From: Eledone cirrhosa
Lineage: Eukaryota
Direction: 5' to 3'
Length of the DNA stretch: 64,000 bases
NCBI GenBank assembly: GCA_964016885.1
Contig: OZ024746.1
Coordinates: forward strand, 92,752,001-92,816,000
This document shows, piece after piece, positions 14,425-27,749 of the stretch. Both the position numbers and the translations under genes were made by a program. The notes beneath the pieces were generated by a model. It had not been told where the DNA came from, ran no database searches, and saw only the letters and a list, made by a program, of their open reading frames with translations. Every line of letters begins with the position of its first letter. The first letter of the stretch is position 1.

Positions 14425-15103
14425 ACAGCACAAGTAACTATAAGGTTGTATCAAATAGCTACCAACACAGCTATTTGTAAATTTATACATATGCATACAG
14501 ACACGCGCGTGTGTGTGTGTGTGTGCATATATATATATATATGTGCATACATATATTTTTTTTTTTTCCTATATATTTTTTTAATTATATATTTTAAAAA
14601 AAACAAATAATTACTTATCTAGTTGGTGTATTCTTATTACATAAACTCAACAACGAAATTCCAGCCAAATAAGGTGGACTATATATATATAAAGACAATG
14701 TTCTTTTCATTAAGAATTTTAACCCGCATAGCTAAGAAAACATGAAAAAACGTTTAAATAAATTCTTTAAAAATTATGGCCTTAGCATCACAGTTTTCTT
14801 AATCCTTTAGCATTTACACCAGCAGCTCACACCAACGTTAAGATATCGTTCTTAAAATAAACATTAACATCATCAAAATCTCGTAGACTTGAGATTATGT
14901 GAGATACAATCATAATGTTGCGGGTTTGATTCCTGTACTGGGTTGTGTGTTGTGTTCTTGAGCAAAACACTTCATTTCACATTGCTCCAGTATACACAGC
15001 TGAAAATGAGTACTAGCAATAGCTGGGGTTTAACCCTGCGATAGATTGGCGTCCTGTCACTTCATGCCATGGAAACCGGGATAAGCACGGGCCTGATGTG
15101 TCC

Positions 15104-15333
15104 GAGGAAAATTAAAGGAGATAATGGTCTGCTTCCTTACCCTCAGTCTTTTGTACATTCAGAACCTATTAATATTAAGTCTAGGGAAAATAAGGGATAA
15201 CAGTTGGCTTCTTTAACCCCAGTCTTTTGTACATTCAGAACCAAATAATGTTAACAATAGGAAAATTAAAAGAGATAATGGCCTGCTTTCTTATCCTCAA
15301 TCTGTTATACATTCATAAACTAATTATGTTAAC
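15104..15333. repeat. Three diverged tandem copies of an approximately 77-bp unit
   Basis: ggaaaattaaaggagataatggtctgcttccttaccctcagtcttttgtacattcagaac repeated three times with substitutions. Confidence 0.8.
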
Positions 15334-15783
15334 CCTTTAGTTACCAATCTGGCTGAAACCGGCTCTGGTTCTATGAAATAAAATCACTCATTTTAAAGGT
15401 TTCCAATTTAAATTGAAATCTTCCATCATAATTTTATATAAGAACCTTACATTAACCCTTTAATGTTCAAACCAGCCAGAATTCTCTACTTTTTTTCTGT
15501 TGAAACTGGCTGTAACTGGTCATTCAAACTGATGTTAAGGTATTGTTCTCAAAATAAATAATTTCAAAATCTCATAGATTCAAAATTATGTGAGATAATT
15601 ATGTGAGATAAAATCTTTACCATGAAAATATAATAGTATATATATATAGAGTAATGTGAATACTAAAGGGTTAAGTTACTATCTTAGTAATGAAATAATA
15701 ATTTTAGTAAATCCCTCAAAATTATTCATTAATTAATTAAAATAGAGTGTATTTCATTACAAATGCAGTCATGAAAGGGTTAA
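15329..15783. mobile_element. piggyBac-type MITE family B carrying a nested family A copy
   Basis: TTAA-ccctttagttacc...atgaaaggg-TTAA; insert 15456-15670 is flanked by a duplicated TTAA. Other B copies: about 9095-9302, 13615-13855, 34787-35048, 35940-36113. Confidence 0.85.
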
Positions 15784-15899
15784 ACAATTTTATAATATCT
15801 CACTGTAGTGAATAACAAATCCCAACCAATAGATAAAATTACTATACATAACTGAAAACCAAATATCCAATTGCTCTAAATCTCTACATTATGCTGATA

Positions 15900-16700
15900 A
15901 CAAGCCATATAATAAACATAAGAATTGCTGGCACAAAACAATGTGGTTCAATCATCCGTTTGGAATAAATGTGGCCTCAAATATCACTAAGTTATTTTTC
16001 GACATCTTAGAAAGAAACTTTCCACCTGAACATAGGTACCATACCTTAATCATCAAACACTATTAAAATATCATTCTCTACATCACCTAATTTAGCTGAC
16101 TATATAGCCTTTAGTAACCACTGTAACATCTCTAAATAAAACCAGTCTATCCACACTAAAAACACTAACTTAAATAGTAGTAATAAAGTGGGCAAATAGA
16201 AATTTAAACTAACTACATACCATATAATAACATACCTAACCTCACATCTGTCAATAATACCAAATCTTATTCTGAATGTAACTGTAGAATTCCTGATAGT
16301 TTTACTTTAAATAGCCATTGCCTTAAAAAAGATATAGTGTATAAATGAACTGTATATATCCCTAATTTGACTAACTTCTATATAGGCACTACCACCAACT
16401 ATTTTAAAACTCGTTACAATTCCCACTTACATTCTTTTAAAAAAGAGTCTAAACAGCCCCACAGCTGTTTCTTTGTTAAATAAATCTAAAACCTCCTATA
16501 ATCTACAATGGTCTATTATAAATTCCGTGATGGCTTATGATGGAGGTGAAAAGTCTTGTGTCCTTTGTATTTCGGAGGTACATGAGATCACTGTCACCAT
16601 GTAGGCTCTTAAATCACAGAAATGAACTCATAATAACATGTCCACATTGCTTAGCATAAACTTTTTTAATAGAATATATGACCCAACCTAATCTATTTAT
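15900..16700 (+). mobile_element. Penelope-like retroelement relic (RT C-terminal linker plus GIY-YIG endonuclease), disrupted
   Basis: Manual translation: NVASNITKLFFDILERNFPPEHRYH..TIKISFSTSPNL; CNCRIP...CLKKDIVY; FYIGTTTNYFKTRYNSHLHSF; LLNHRNELIITCPH; stops and frameshifts present. Confidence 0.8.
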
Positions 16701-17091
16701 TTAGTTTCTACTGGTTCGTTAGACAAGTATCTATATTAAGAATGAGATTTCACCAGTTTCCCAACCTAAGTGTGTTTATTTCACTTTATCTTCATTTTTT
16801 AAATACTATATTAGGTATTTCTAGACAATATAAGTATTTATATATCAATCCTGTAATTATTTTCAAATATTCAACTCTCTCTATAATAGAATAATTTACT
16901 TGCATAATTTATAATATAATTTAGATTACTTCTAATTTCTTAAACTCATCCTAAAGCCTAAATATCAATGAGTATACCTGTATATGAGTGTATATCTATG
17001 TAGATGGAGATATGTCTGTAGTTGCTGTATATGTGTGTGTGTATATATACTCATACACATACATATATATGTGTGTGTATGTATGTGAATA

Positions 17092-17122
<31 letters not shown>

Positions 17123-18848
17123 ATATATATATATATAGGAAAATGTTTGACCCCGACGGCAGAGCTCAAGCCGTTTCGACGGCTATTTCTGGACATATTG
17201 AGTACTGTGGTGTGTTATGGTCCATCTGGTTCCTTACCACACTTCCTTCATTATATATATATAGAGAGAGAGAGAGAGGGAGAGAGAGAGAGTGTGTGTG
17301 TGTGTTTCTGAAGAGGATGGCTGATTGAACAGGGTTTTCAGGACTAGAAATAGGAAGTAACTTAACCACTACCATGCTAGTCGATACATCGATCTCCATT
17401 GATCAATTGGCCCTCTGAAACGACTGTAAAACAATAAACTAACTCTCTACCTACACCTGACTTCAGTTTTTATTGTTCAAACACACACACACACATATAT
17501 ATGTATATACAGATCGAACCTTGAGATAATCAATAGAGAAACGTGCGTCACTACTCATTAAACGTAATGAAGATATAACAAATCATCTCTTTTATTATTA
17601 TTATTATTACTATATATATGAGAGGTAGTGATGCTCTGACATAGCATGATTGATATGATTTATATGTCACTGGGGGGTTGTATATTGAATCATATATGAA
17701 CTGTTCATGTAAATAAACATTTTTATAGCCTTGCTCTGAATTTTAGAAGTGGTGAATTTCAAAATTGGTCTTTAGCAACCAAGATAGAGTGCCCTAATGG
17801 CCTTTTTCTGCTTATTTAACCATCTTCAGAGGGGCTAACTCTGCTTAGATACTAAGATGAAAATAAGCTAAAGGCTTATAGTATTTATGCTTATGAACAT
17901 GAGCTGATGAAGCTCATTTGCATACAGAGAAAAAACTGGCAGGCTCAATTAATGAGAGGTAATGATGATCTGGCATAGTGTGGTTGATATGTGACTGAGG
18001 TTGTTAAATGCATCATGAGTAAAAAAAGTTTGGGAACCACTGGTCTAGTCTTTGAACATGACAACTTATCCAGCCCATGTAAGCATGGAAAGCAGACTTA
18101 TGATATTGATGATATCAAGAAGAAATTTAGGTTTTAGCCAGTATTAATGCAAGCCATGTCTGACTTAACAGCACCACATGTAGCTATAATATATATGTGG
18201 CCTATGGGCAAAACAAAAATCAAAAGTCAAACTTAGGTCATAATAAAGCCACTGATCCTTGCACTATTTGATAGATACATTTACTAGAAATAGCAGTTCA
18301 TCTCCCTAAAATCACTCCCTAGCATAGTGGAGATTGTATTCTAGATAAAAAACAAAAAAAAAGACCAGAATGGAATGTCTTTGATAAGACGTCTGCTTAG
18401 GGGAAACCTAGGGCTAAACAACAATAACAACAACAACCAGCATAATTTTTAATGGTTGGATAATTTCATGTGCCAGAAATTGAAGTTCAGAAAATAATTA
18501 TAAATCAGTCATGAGTTCAAAATCAACTTTGTCTTTTATCTTTCTAGAGTTGATAAGTCAAGGGCAGAATCATTAGAGCATTAGATAGGATGTCTTGTGG
18601 TATTTGTTCCAGCTCTTTGCATTATGAGTTCAAATCCCACCATAGCCTATTTGGGCAGTAGACTTAAGCTGTCATCTAGTTTAAAACAATCACCCAGCCC
18701 TTGCAAGCATTCAAGCTAAATCTCCAGTTTGCAGATACCTTCCTACCTTCCCCAGTCATGGTGACCCTGAAAAGGGTCATGGGGACCACACTCCTCCTGC
18801 TGTCCCTCCTTACTTCGCAATAACATAAAATACTGTTTAAGAGCATTA

Positions 18849-19090
18849 TAAATTATCAAATAGAAAAAATAAATTATCACAAAGAAAAATATTAAATTAT
18901 TAAATTGAAATTATCAAATAGAAAAGATTATTTTATCAAATACAAAACAATGAATTATCAAACAAAAAAAGTCAAATAAAATTATAGATTATCAAATAAA
19001 AAACTAAATTATCAGATAAATAAAATGAAATTATCAAATAGTAAAATACAAATTATCAAAAATAGGAAAACTTTGAAAAATATCAAAAGA
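18849..19090. repeat. Degenerate minisatellite of about 20 bp
   Basis: aaattatcaaata(g)aaaa core repeated about 10 times. Confidence 0.8.
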
Positions 19091-19519
19091 GAAGCAATAT
19101 TTTGGGAAGATATGAAAAAAACTAAAGTACTGTTTTAATATGATTTAGGTCTGACCGTGTGGTTAACGAATTTCTATTGTAACCATACAGTTTCAGTTTC
19201 AATCCTACTGTGTGGCACCTGGGGCAAGTGCCTTCTACTATAGCCTTGAGTTGACCAGTGCCTTACAAATGGAATTTGGTACATGAAAACTGCAAAGGCT
19301 AGTCATATGTGTGTGTGTTCCCTGTGGATATGTCTGTGTTTAAGTCCTGTAATTTAGCAACAGTTCAACAGAAAGAGACCGATGAAATAAGTACCAAACA
19401 TGAAAAAATAAGTACTGGGGTCAATATGATCAACAAAATTCCTTCAAAACAACATGGCAGCAGTCTAATGACTGAAACCAATAAAAGAATAACAACCAGA
19501 GCAATAATAAAGTTTAGAT

Positions 19520-20040
19520 ATTAAATAGATATAACTATGACAGTAGATCTAACACATGAGAAGGAGGTGTTTCCCACAATGGATTCTATGAAAAAATTCC
19601 ACTTTGAATCAAGATTTTAGGAAAAATTGTGTTCAGAATGACAACAGCACACTTACATTGATGTTCAGAAGAAAGAAGCTTGGAAAAGTTATAAGAACTT
19701 GCTAAATGTTGAAAATATGTAAGAAGAAGAGGGATTACTTCCAATAGACTTAACAGGGGGATAAATTATTGAAGTTATACAGTTGAAATGACCATTAAGG
19801 ATATGAAGGTAAAGAAAACTGTGAGACCATCAGGGAGAGTTGCTGAATTGCTAAACATTTCTGCTAAAGTAGGGCTTAAATGGTGGAAGCTGATCTCAGG
19901 GTTAACCGGATGAGAAAGAAATGCAGCAAGTTGTAAGAAGTTGTAGTAGAGTAAGACCAAGGATGACCTAACAGCAAGTAGAGAGACACTTTAAAAGAGA
20001 GGATCTATATAACCCATGCAAGCATGGAAAACTTGATACA
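19520..20040 (+). mobile_element. Highly decayed RTE-family relic
   Basis: Residual similarity to the AWK..Y..LLN.EN, AIKDMK..K...PSG..AELL segment and ccatgcaagcatggaa tail of the RTE copies. Confidence 0.5.
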
Positions 20041-20049
20041 AAATATGCA

Positions 20050-21830
20050 CAACGACAACTGGTTAGAGTGAACGGTCACCTCTCAGATCCATTCGACATC
20101 ATGCGTTCAGTCCGCCAAAGTTGTCCCCTCTCATTCTTATTGTAGGTATTGACTCTCAAGCCACTACTGCACAAATTAAAGACTTTGAGGGGCATCCCAT
20201 GTGAACTAGGACTTGGGAGATCTGTGTCCGTTTATGTTGACAATGTCACATAGTAATGTCAAACATCAAACAAATTGAGATAATATGACAGGAGAGAAAA
20301 TTAACCGGGAAAAGTCAGTGGGCTTGCAGCTCGGCACCTGGAGATTCAGGTCCATGCCATCTGATAGCGTCATCGGGTGCTAGATAGACAGACCAGTTAA
20401 ATTTTGCGGGTCTGGTTCAGTTCGGAGCTCCAGATGGACAAAAACTGGGATGAGGTGACGAACAGAGTGGCTAATCTTACTCAGAAATGTGTTGAGAGAA
20501 AGCCATCTCTGAAAGGTTGGACAAAGGTAGCAAATGCATACATCACATCCACCATATACTATCAATGACCATCATGCCTTGTCCTAAACCTTGTCTGACT
20601 GGAGCGTTTTCTCTTTCGCTTCTTATGGAAGAGACATGTTCCGATGGTCAGGTGGTCCATCTGCTGTCAACACCTGCAGCATGGAGGACTGGGAATTGCT
20701 GTGACTGATGATGCACAAACATGCGTTGAGGCTACAACATCTCCATCTTTTCCTTAATCGTGAACAGGTGTGGTTGCTGTTCACCAAACACATTCCCCCA
20801 GCTTATCGCCCTAACAGAACTACCGTCCTGGATCAAGCAAAGACTGAGCAGGAGTGCTTGGAAACTGAAATGTCTTCAAGTGCTAACAGCCCTCAAGCAA
20901 TCATCTAGAGGGTTAGTGACATTCTATAGAGGGTTAGGGACATAAAAGCAACAATATTCTTGGGGAAACTCTGGGCATTGACGAAAATCATCATTCTTTT
21001 CAGGAGGTCTTTTGGTCTAGGACCTATGGATAATTTCCAGAAATTCCTGGCCTGGTAATGCTACCAAGGAGCTTTGCGAGTTTAGGATAAACTCTACAGG
21101 CATGGAAGTGCCATCAGCCAGGCCTGTCCAAGATTTGTGCAGAACAACGAAACCGTCCTGCATGCACTTGTCCAGTGTCTGAGCATTGCTGATCTGTTGG
21201 TTTATGTCGAACACCTGCTGTTGCATGTAGGATGAATCCGGCTATCAGCTAAGTCCATTGTGGAGAACGCCCTGCCGCCTTCCTTTAGTCAGGAAGGGCA
21301 GGTTGTTTATATCTGTCTGGTGGCCGTGGGGAAAGAGTTTGTATGGTGGACACATTTGAAAGGGTTGAAGACCAGCACTTTCCTCTTCAGTGAAGCCCTG
21401 ATTAACTTTTTCAGGTTTCACTTGAAGAGAAAAATCAGAGTAGAGAGGGAAATGCTGCCTTCTAAAGAGTTTGTTGTAAGGTAGGTGAGAAAGGTGAACA
21501 AGGCTGGAATGAATAAGCCTGCTCTAATTATGCGCCTGTAGATTGGGGGAGGACAGCTGGGACAGGTCACTTGCCCTAGAGATCAGGATAGCCATAGTTT
21601 TATGGGAATTTTTCTACGAGCAGCCATCAAACATCTCCACCCTATTGAGAAATCTCCTTTGTTTAATTTATATTATTACCTTTCTTTTTCACTATTGTTA
21701 AATCTATTTACATGCAAAACCCGCACACCAACATATATGCACACATATTCTATATTTTCCTCCTGTACTATCCTAATGTTTTTCTTAATGTTAACCCTTG
21801 TGGTGAATAAAGAATCATTATTATTGTCGA
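20050..21830 (+). mobile_element. L1/Tx1-clade LINE relic (RT C-half, 3' UTR, AATAAA, (ATT)n)
   Basis: VRVNGHLSDPFDIMRSVRQSCPLSFLL.VLTLKPLL and YVDNV (YADD-like) by manual translation; ends gtgaataaagaatcattattatt. Confidence 0.75.
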
Positions 21831-21834
21831 GATT

Positions 21835-22365
21835 AACTTTGCCTTTCATGCTTACCGGGTCGATAAAATAAAGTACCAGTAATGTACTGGTTAATTGCTG
21901 GCCTTGTGCCAAAAGTAGAAACAATTATTATTATAATAATAGGGTGGATTGGCAGTTTCGGTAGAGGGTCGAACGCCATGCTTTGACGCATAGAGTTACG
22001 GCCCTTGCCATTCTGAGTTCAAATCCCGCCGAGGTTAACTTTGCCTTTCATCCTTACGGGGTCGATAAAATAAAGTACCAGTAATGTACTGGGTAATTGC
22101 TGGCCTTGTGCCAAAAGTAGAAACAATTATTATTATTATTAAGGTCGGTGGATTGGCAGTATCAGTAGAGTATCGGACACCATGCTTCGCAGCATAGAGT
22201 TACATCCCTTTATGCTCTTAGTTAAATTCTTGCTTAGGTTAGCCTTTCATCCTTACGGGAAGCGATAAAATAAAGTACCAGTAACGCACTGGGGTAGATT
22301 TAATCGACTTACCCCTCCCCTTCAAATTGCTGGCCTTCTGCCTAAAGTAGAAACAATTATTATTA
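21835..22365 (+). mobile_element. Tandem array of tRNA-derived SINEs (Nin-domain-like); one partial and two full copies
   Basis: A box tggcagtatcgg, B box gagttcaaatcc, body gcctttcatccttacggggtcgataaaa, (ATT)n tail. Confidence 0.85.
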
Positions 22366-22619
22366 TTTTATCTATTATGGAAAATAGAGATGAAATTTAT
22401 GTAATGCTGTGCCTATCCAGTTTAGAATAGGTACACTGTACTCCTGTGTATCACAGGAGGCAACAAAAAGTGTTGGCACCAGGGAGGGCATCCATCTGTA
22501 AAACAGTGCCTTAAAAAAGACTGTGATGATTTTAAAGCTTGTCATGGGGTCTGCAAGGAGAAATGATTATAAACACTTGTTATTGTTGTTTCTTAATTTA
22601 AGAGAAATAAATTCCAGGG

Positions 22620-23040
22620 CTTGACCAGCTGTTTCCTCTTTGCACTGGTCACCATCGAAACCTCAGGCGTCCTTGGACCCCATACTGCTGCGCTGCTCTG
22701 TAAAATTTTTACATCAGCAACCCATCTGAGGAAAGAGCCCTGTGAGGTGGGGTGGCTGTTGCAGCGGGTATCACTGGCCATTGTCCATGGAAATGCCTTT
22801 GCAGCTTTGTCCGCACAGCGCCCAAGCACTGCTCCGCCCTAGGTCCAAAGCCCATCACCCTCTCTCCTTCCTCCTCCCTTTCTTCTGTGGCCCAAGCGTC
22901 CTTGTTTTTTCCCTCCTTTTTCTCTCATTTATGGCATTTATAATCAATTCCTCTACCCTTTACCTCTTACCCTTTTTCTCATTATTTTATTTTGTTTTTA
23001 TCTTTCCTATTCATATCTATGTAATTATCAATGGTTTTTA
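22620..23040 (+). mobile_element. CRE-like (restriction-like endonuclease) non-LTR element 3' end
   Basis: ORF 22621-22842: TIETSGVLGP...EVGWLLQRVSLAIVHGNA, matching the ETxG...QRxSxAxxxGNA C-terminal motif of RLE/CRE elements. Confidence 0.75.
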
Positions 23041-23149
23041 AGCTAACTTTGTGAGTTTAATTTGAATAAAATTTCTGTTTTCATCTTTGAATTTAAGGAT
23101 ATAAAAAATAAATAAATACTTGAGAACAGGAGAATATGAAATAATAATA

Positions 23150-23450
23150 ATAATGAAAATTATTGTGTATAGTGCTCAGGTGCACTACAACTCATCAAAG
23201 GTGCACGTACAGTTCATAGAATAATCTACAAAAGTCAGGAAAGTGAACAGTGTATGAGTCATGATATACACACACACACACGTGTGTGTGTGTGCATGTG
23301 TATGGAGGGGGAATATCAGGTGTAGTGTTGGTGAATTTCGGGAATCATGGAAGTTTTGAAAGATGCAGTGTCCCACCAGCTAACAACTGGTGCATGTAGT
23401 TTGTTCCATGCTTCAGTAACACTGAGCATGAAAAAATGTTTCTGAAAGTC
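23150..23450 (-). mobile_element. CR1-type LINE 3' end
   Basis: Reverse complement of the element at 34340-34620. Confidence 0.65.
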
Positions 23451-23499
23451 ATATTGACTACAAAAATGATTTTTAAGATTAAAACAAAAGAATCATGAG

Positions 23500-23830
23500 C
23501 TCCTCTGCAAGATCGGAACGTCGGTGGCGGCCCATCTGAGGAAGGAGCCCTGTGAGGTGGGGCGGCTGTTGCAGTGGGTGCCACTGGCCATTGTTCACGG
23601 GAACGCTTTTGCAGTCATGTCTGCAGGGTGCAGCCCCTTTACTGCTGCACCCAAGGCCCAGAGCCCAATCATCCTCCCCCTCTACATTATTCTGTGACAC
23701 TAGAGTCCTTGCCATTCCCTTCCTTTTCCAGGTTTTTTTTTTCTCTTTTTTCTTTATATTTTCCTATTCTACATTCCATTCTTCTCAATCTAAATATTTT
23801 TTTCCTGTTTCTAATTAACTATATTTACAT
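23500..23830 (+). mobile_element. Second CRE-like 3' fragment
   Basis: cccatctgaggaaggagccctgtgaggtggggcggctgttgcag... closely matches 22720-22810. Confidence 0.7.
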
Positions 23831-24099
23831 GATATATTCCATAAATAAAATCAAAGAAAGAATTGAGGATTGGTTGTAAATAGTTGACAGATAACAATTT
23901 GGGAGAAACTGAAGCTAAGGGGAGGCACAATACCTGCAAACAAAACATACAGAAAATAGCTAATAATACATTGTTTTGTTTTTTTAAATTAGAATTCCTT
24001 TAGGTTTACTTTCAACAAAAGATATATTTACAAAATATAGAAAAATAAAACATGCCAAAAAAAAAAAGAACAAAACTGGGAGAGGACAGGCTACATAAG

Positions 24100-24242
24100 T
24101 GTGGGCATGTGTATGTGTATATATGTACACAGGCACATACATGCGTGTATGAATGTGTGTGTGTATATATATATATGTGATACATATATATATACATATA
24201 CACATATATATACATATATATACATATATACACATATATGTG

Positions 24243-24276
<34 letters not shown>

Positions 24277-24277
24277 C

Positions 24278-24322
<45 letters not shown>

Positions 24323-24722
24323 CATATATATGTGTATATATATATATACATATATATATATATACATATGTGTATATATATATATATATATACATATATA
24401 TACATATGTGTATATATATATACATATATATATATATACATATATATATATACACATATATATACATATATATATATACATATATACATATATATACATA
24501 TATACATATATACATATATATACATATATACATATATACACATATATATATACATATATATACATATATACACATATATATATATATATACATATATATA
24601 TATGTATATACATATATACACATATACATACATATATATACATATACATTATATATACATATACATTATATATACATACACACATGCATATATGTATAGA
24701 CATACACACGCGCGCATATATA
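24100..24722. repeat. (TA)n/(TACA) compound microsatellite
   Basis: Directly visible. Similar fields at about 45455-45760, 51980-52265, 57200-57545, 57970-58570. Confidence 0.97.
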
Positions 24723-25927
24723 GGAAAGCAGCAGTGGTAAAACAGAGGATCCTGTGCACATAGATTGATGCCATGAAGAGGTTAAGTGTTACAGTAAGTG
24801 TTCATACTTAGACTGACAGTTGTCCAGACCGAAGACCACTTGGAACATTATAGACAAATGGTCAAGGTGACCCAATTAGACATTCCAAGGTGGTCTAAGT
24901 GCAATCCCTAAGATAAATTATTTAGTTTTGTGGAAAACCACTATAACAGATGTTCAAACGAAAGAAGTTCAATTTAAATAAAATTAACAAAACGTGGCAA
25001 ACAATTTTTTAGTTTATATGATGCATTCTGAAATGTGTGGTTAGGATTGGTTTGGAAAAGCCAATAAAATGCAAGTTTGAAATAAAAGAGTGAAAACTTG
25101 AGTCGAAAAACAAAGAAAAACAACAGTTTAAACTTATCTCTTAAATCCTGTGATGATTTTGATCTAACCGAAAATATCTAAAAACAGGTTTGTTAATTCA
25201 AATGTTTCTCGTATCTTTACTATTGGTTGGGTTATAGTGAACATTTTTCAGTAAAGATTTTAATTTTTAATATGATGCATTGGACTGTTTTAAACTTTGT
25301 AAGAATATCTTGCTAATACGATTTCATGTGGCACAGGATGATAAGAGCTATATTTCATATTTTGATATTATGACCTTGAAATATGAAATATGTTCAAAGG
25401 GTAAACTGTTGTTTTGTATCGTTCTTCTTATTTCACTCTACATTAGTTTTCACGTCTGTATTTCTTATTTACATTGTTCCACCAGCTTTTCTAGAACAAT
25501 CTTAACAAATTTTATATTTGTTAGAAAAGAGTGATATCACTGTCCCTGGAGTTTTCAATATTAATACATATATATATTATTATTATGATGATGTGAAGGA
25601 GTGTGACTTATTAATTAGAGCATTGTGAGTTTGATTCATGGACTGGGCGATACATTGTGTCCTTGGGCAAGACACTTTATTTCATGTTACTCCAGTTCAC
25701 TCAGCTGAAGAAATGAGTAGCGACGTCACTAGTGCCAAGCTGTATTGGCCGTTGCCTTTCCCTTGGACAATATTGGTGGCATGGAGAGGGAAGGCTGGTA
25801 TGCAAGGGTGAGTGCTGGTCTTTCACAAAAGCACATTGCCTGGGCTTGTGTGCGTCAGATGGGAAGTTTCTAGGTGCAAATCTCATGGTCATTCATGAGC
25901 AAAGGGAGTATTTTTATATATTATTAT

Positions 25928-26308
25928 TAGGGTTGGACGCCATGCTTTCTAGCATAGTTACGTCCCTTCACAGTCTGAGTTCAAATCCCGCCGAGGTTAA
26001 CTTTGCTTTTCATCCTTACAGGGTCGATAAAATAAAGTACCAGTAATGTACTGGGTAATTGCTGGCCTTGTGCCTAAAGTAGAAACAATTATTATTATTA
26101 GAGCAGGGTGGTGGATTGGCAGTATCGGTAGAGGGTCGGACGCCATGCTTTGACGTATAGAGTTACGGCCCTTCCCATTCTGAGTTCAAATCCCGTCGAG
26201 GTTAACTTTGCCTTTCATCCTTACGGGGTCGATAAAATAAAGTACTGGGATAATGCACTGGGATAATTGATGGCCTTGTGCCAAAAGTAGAAACAATTAT
26301 TATTATTA
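25928..26308 (+). mobile_element. Two tandem copies of the same SINE
   Basis: Same B box, body and tail as 21940-22135. Confidence 0.85.
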
Positions 26309-26310
26309 GA

Positions 26311-26385
26311 GCATCTGAAGGAGTTGAATGTGTTTATGTCAACGAAACTGTTTGATAATGCATAGATAAGTCAAACTGTTAACAA
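26311..26385 (+). mobile_element. Solo degenerate hammerhead element
   Basis: gcat-CTGAAGgA-gttga...tcaac-GAAA-ctgtttga-TA-atgc; homologous to 6633-6697. Confidence 0.55.
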
Positions 26386-27309
26386 ATATATATATATGAG
26401 CTGAACAAAATATAAACTTGATAATATCCACCTCAATGATAGAGGATTGGTAAGATGGAGTTTTATACAAGACATGAACAGAAAAAAAATTCAAAAAATA
26501 AAAAAAATAAAGTTAAAAAACAACTTTCTAGAATTTGCCAAAAGTAACAAATTAAAAAAATCTTATATTACAACAAAACTCAAAAATCTATGATAATGAT
26601 GTTCTGGATATTTTTTTATCTGTCACATTGAACACTAGAATCTCACAAAAAATATATTTTTAATTTGTTGGTGACAGTGCAGGCGATACTGTTGACGTTT
26701 CACTGCTACCATGATTACCAACGTTATTTTTCTAATTCAAGAAAGTGTTTAAATATAAGTTTGAAAGCAGAGGCAGCAGAGAGGAATTCAAGCTAGATCC
26801 TGTCAACAAAATCTCCATATGGTTTCAATACACAATACGTCTCTGATTTCCGAATAGCTAAATGTCAGCAGAAGGGCACCCAGGAGTCATGACCTGGATG
26901 CAGCCTGACCCCCTTAGAGTGTAAGAAGTTAAGGGGTTTCTTCTCTGAAAACTTGCTGTCCAGCTCTCCTGAGAGTTTCTTACCACTAAAACAAAAATAA
27001 AGGGAGAGCAAATGTGCTAAAATGAGTTTTCTGTCAGTGGTGATGCCTTCCTTTCTCTCTTTATCTGTGTCTGTGTGGGTGAGTGTGAGTATTTCTTTTC
27101 TCCTTTTTTTTTTCTTCACACTGCTTCAGTCCACTCAGCTGGCAAAAATGAGTAGTACCTGTAATTCAAAGGGCCAGCCATGCCACGCATTCTGTCATGC
27201 AGAATTTTCCTGAGAACTACGTTAAGCTCAGCCACTTAGAAACTCATTTCAGAAGCAGGCAGTTCTGTTGATTGAATGACTGGAGCACTCATCCGAAATG
27301 ACAGAGATC

Positions 27310-27387
<78 letters not shown>

Positions 27388-27749
27388 AACACATACACAC
27401 ATATATATATTATAAAGAAGAGAAACGGTTTTAAATGTACATCCTCTATTTATTATATAATCCTGTTGTACATTTAAATCCATTCCTCTTCTTTATAATA
27501 CTGACACTCAATTTGATACCTTATTGATAATACTTTAAAGAACACAAGTCGTAGAGTGCTTTACATGTTTACACATAAAGTCGGTAGATTATTTGATCAA
27601 CCAACTTTTCTTTTCTTTACTTTAATATATATATATATATAAAATATGTATATATAATATATATATAATATTCAACAGACAATTTGTTGTAGTAGTAGTA
27701 GTATGACAACAACAACAATAATATTGTCCAATGTATATCTATCCATTTG

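Noticed and set aside
14611-14680. Possible small exon on the minus strand
   Set aside because: Weak acceptor (TA repeat) and a stop codon in the required phase.
15104-15333. CRISPR-like repeat array
   Set aside because: Eukaryotic context; whole units are tandemly repeated with no unique spacers.
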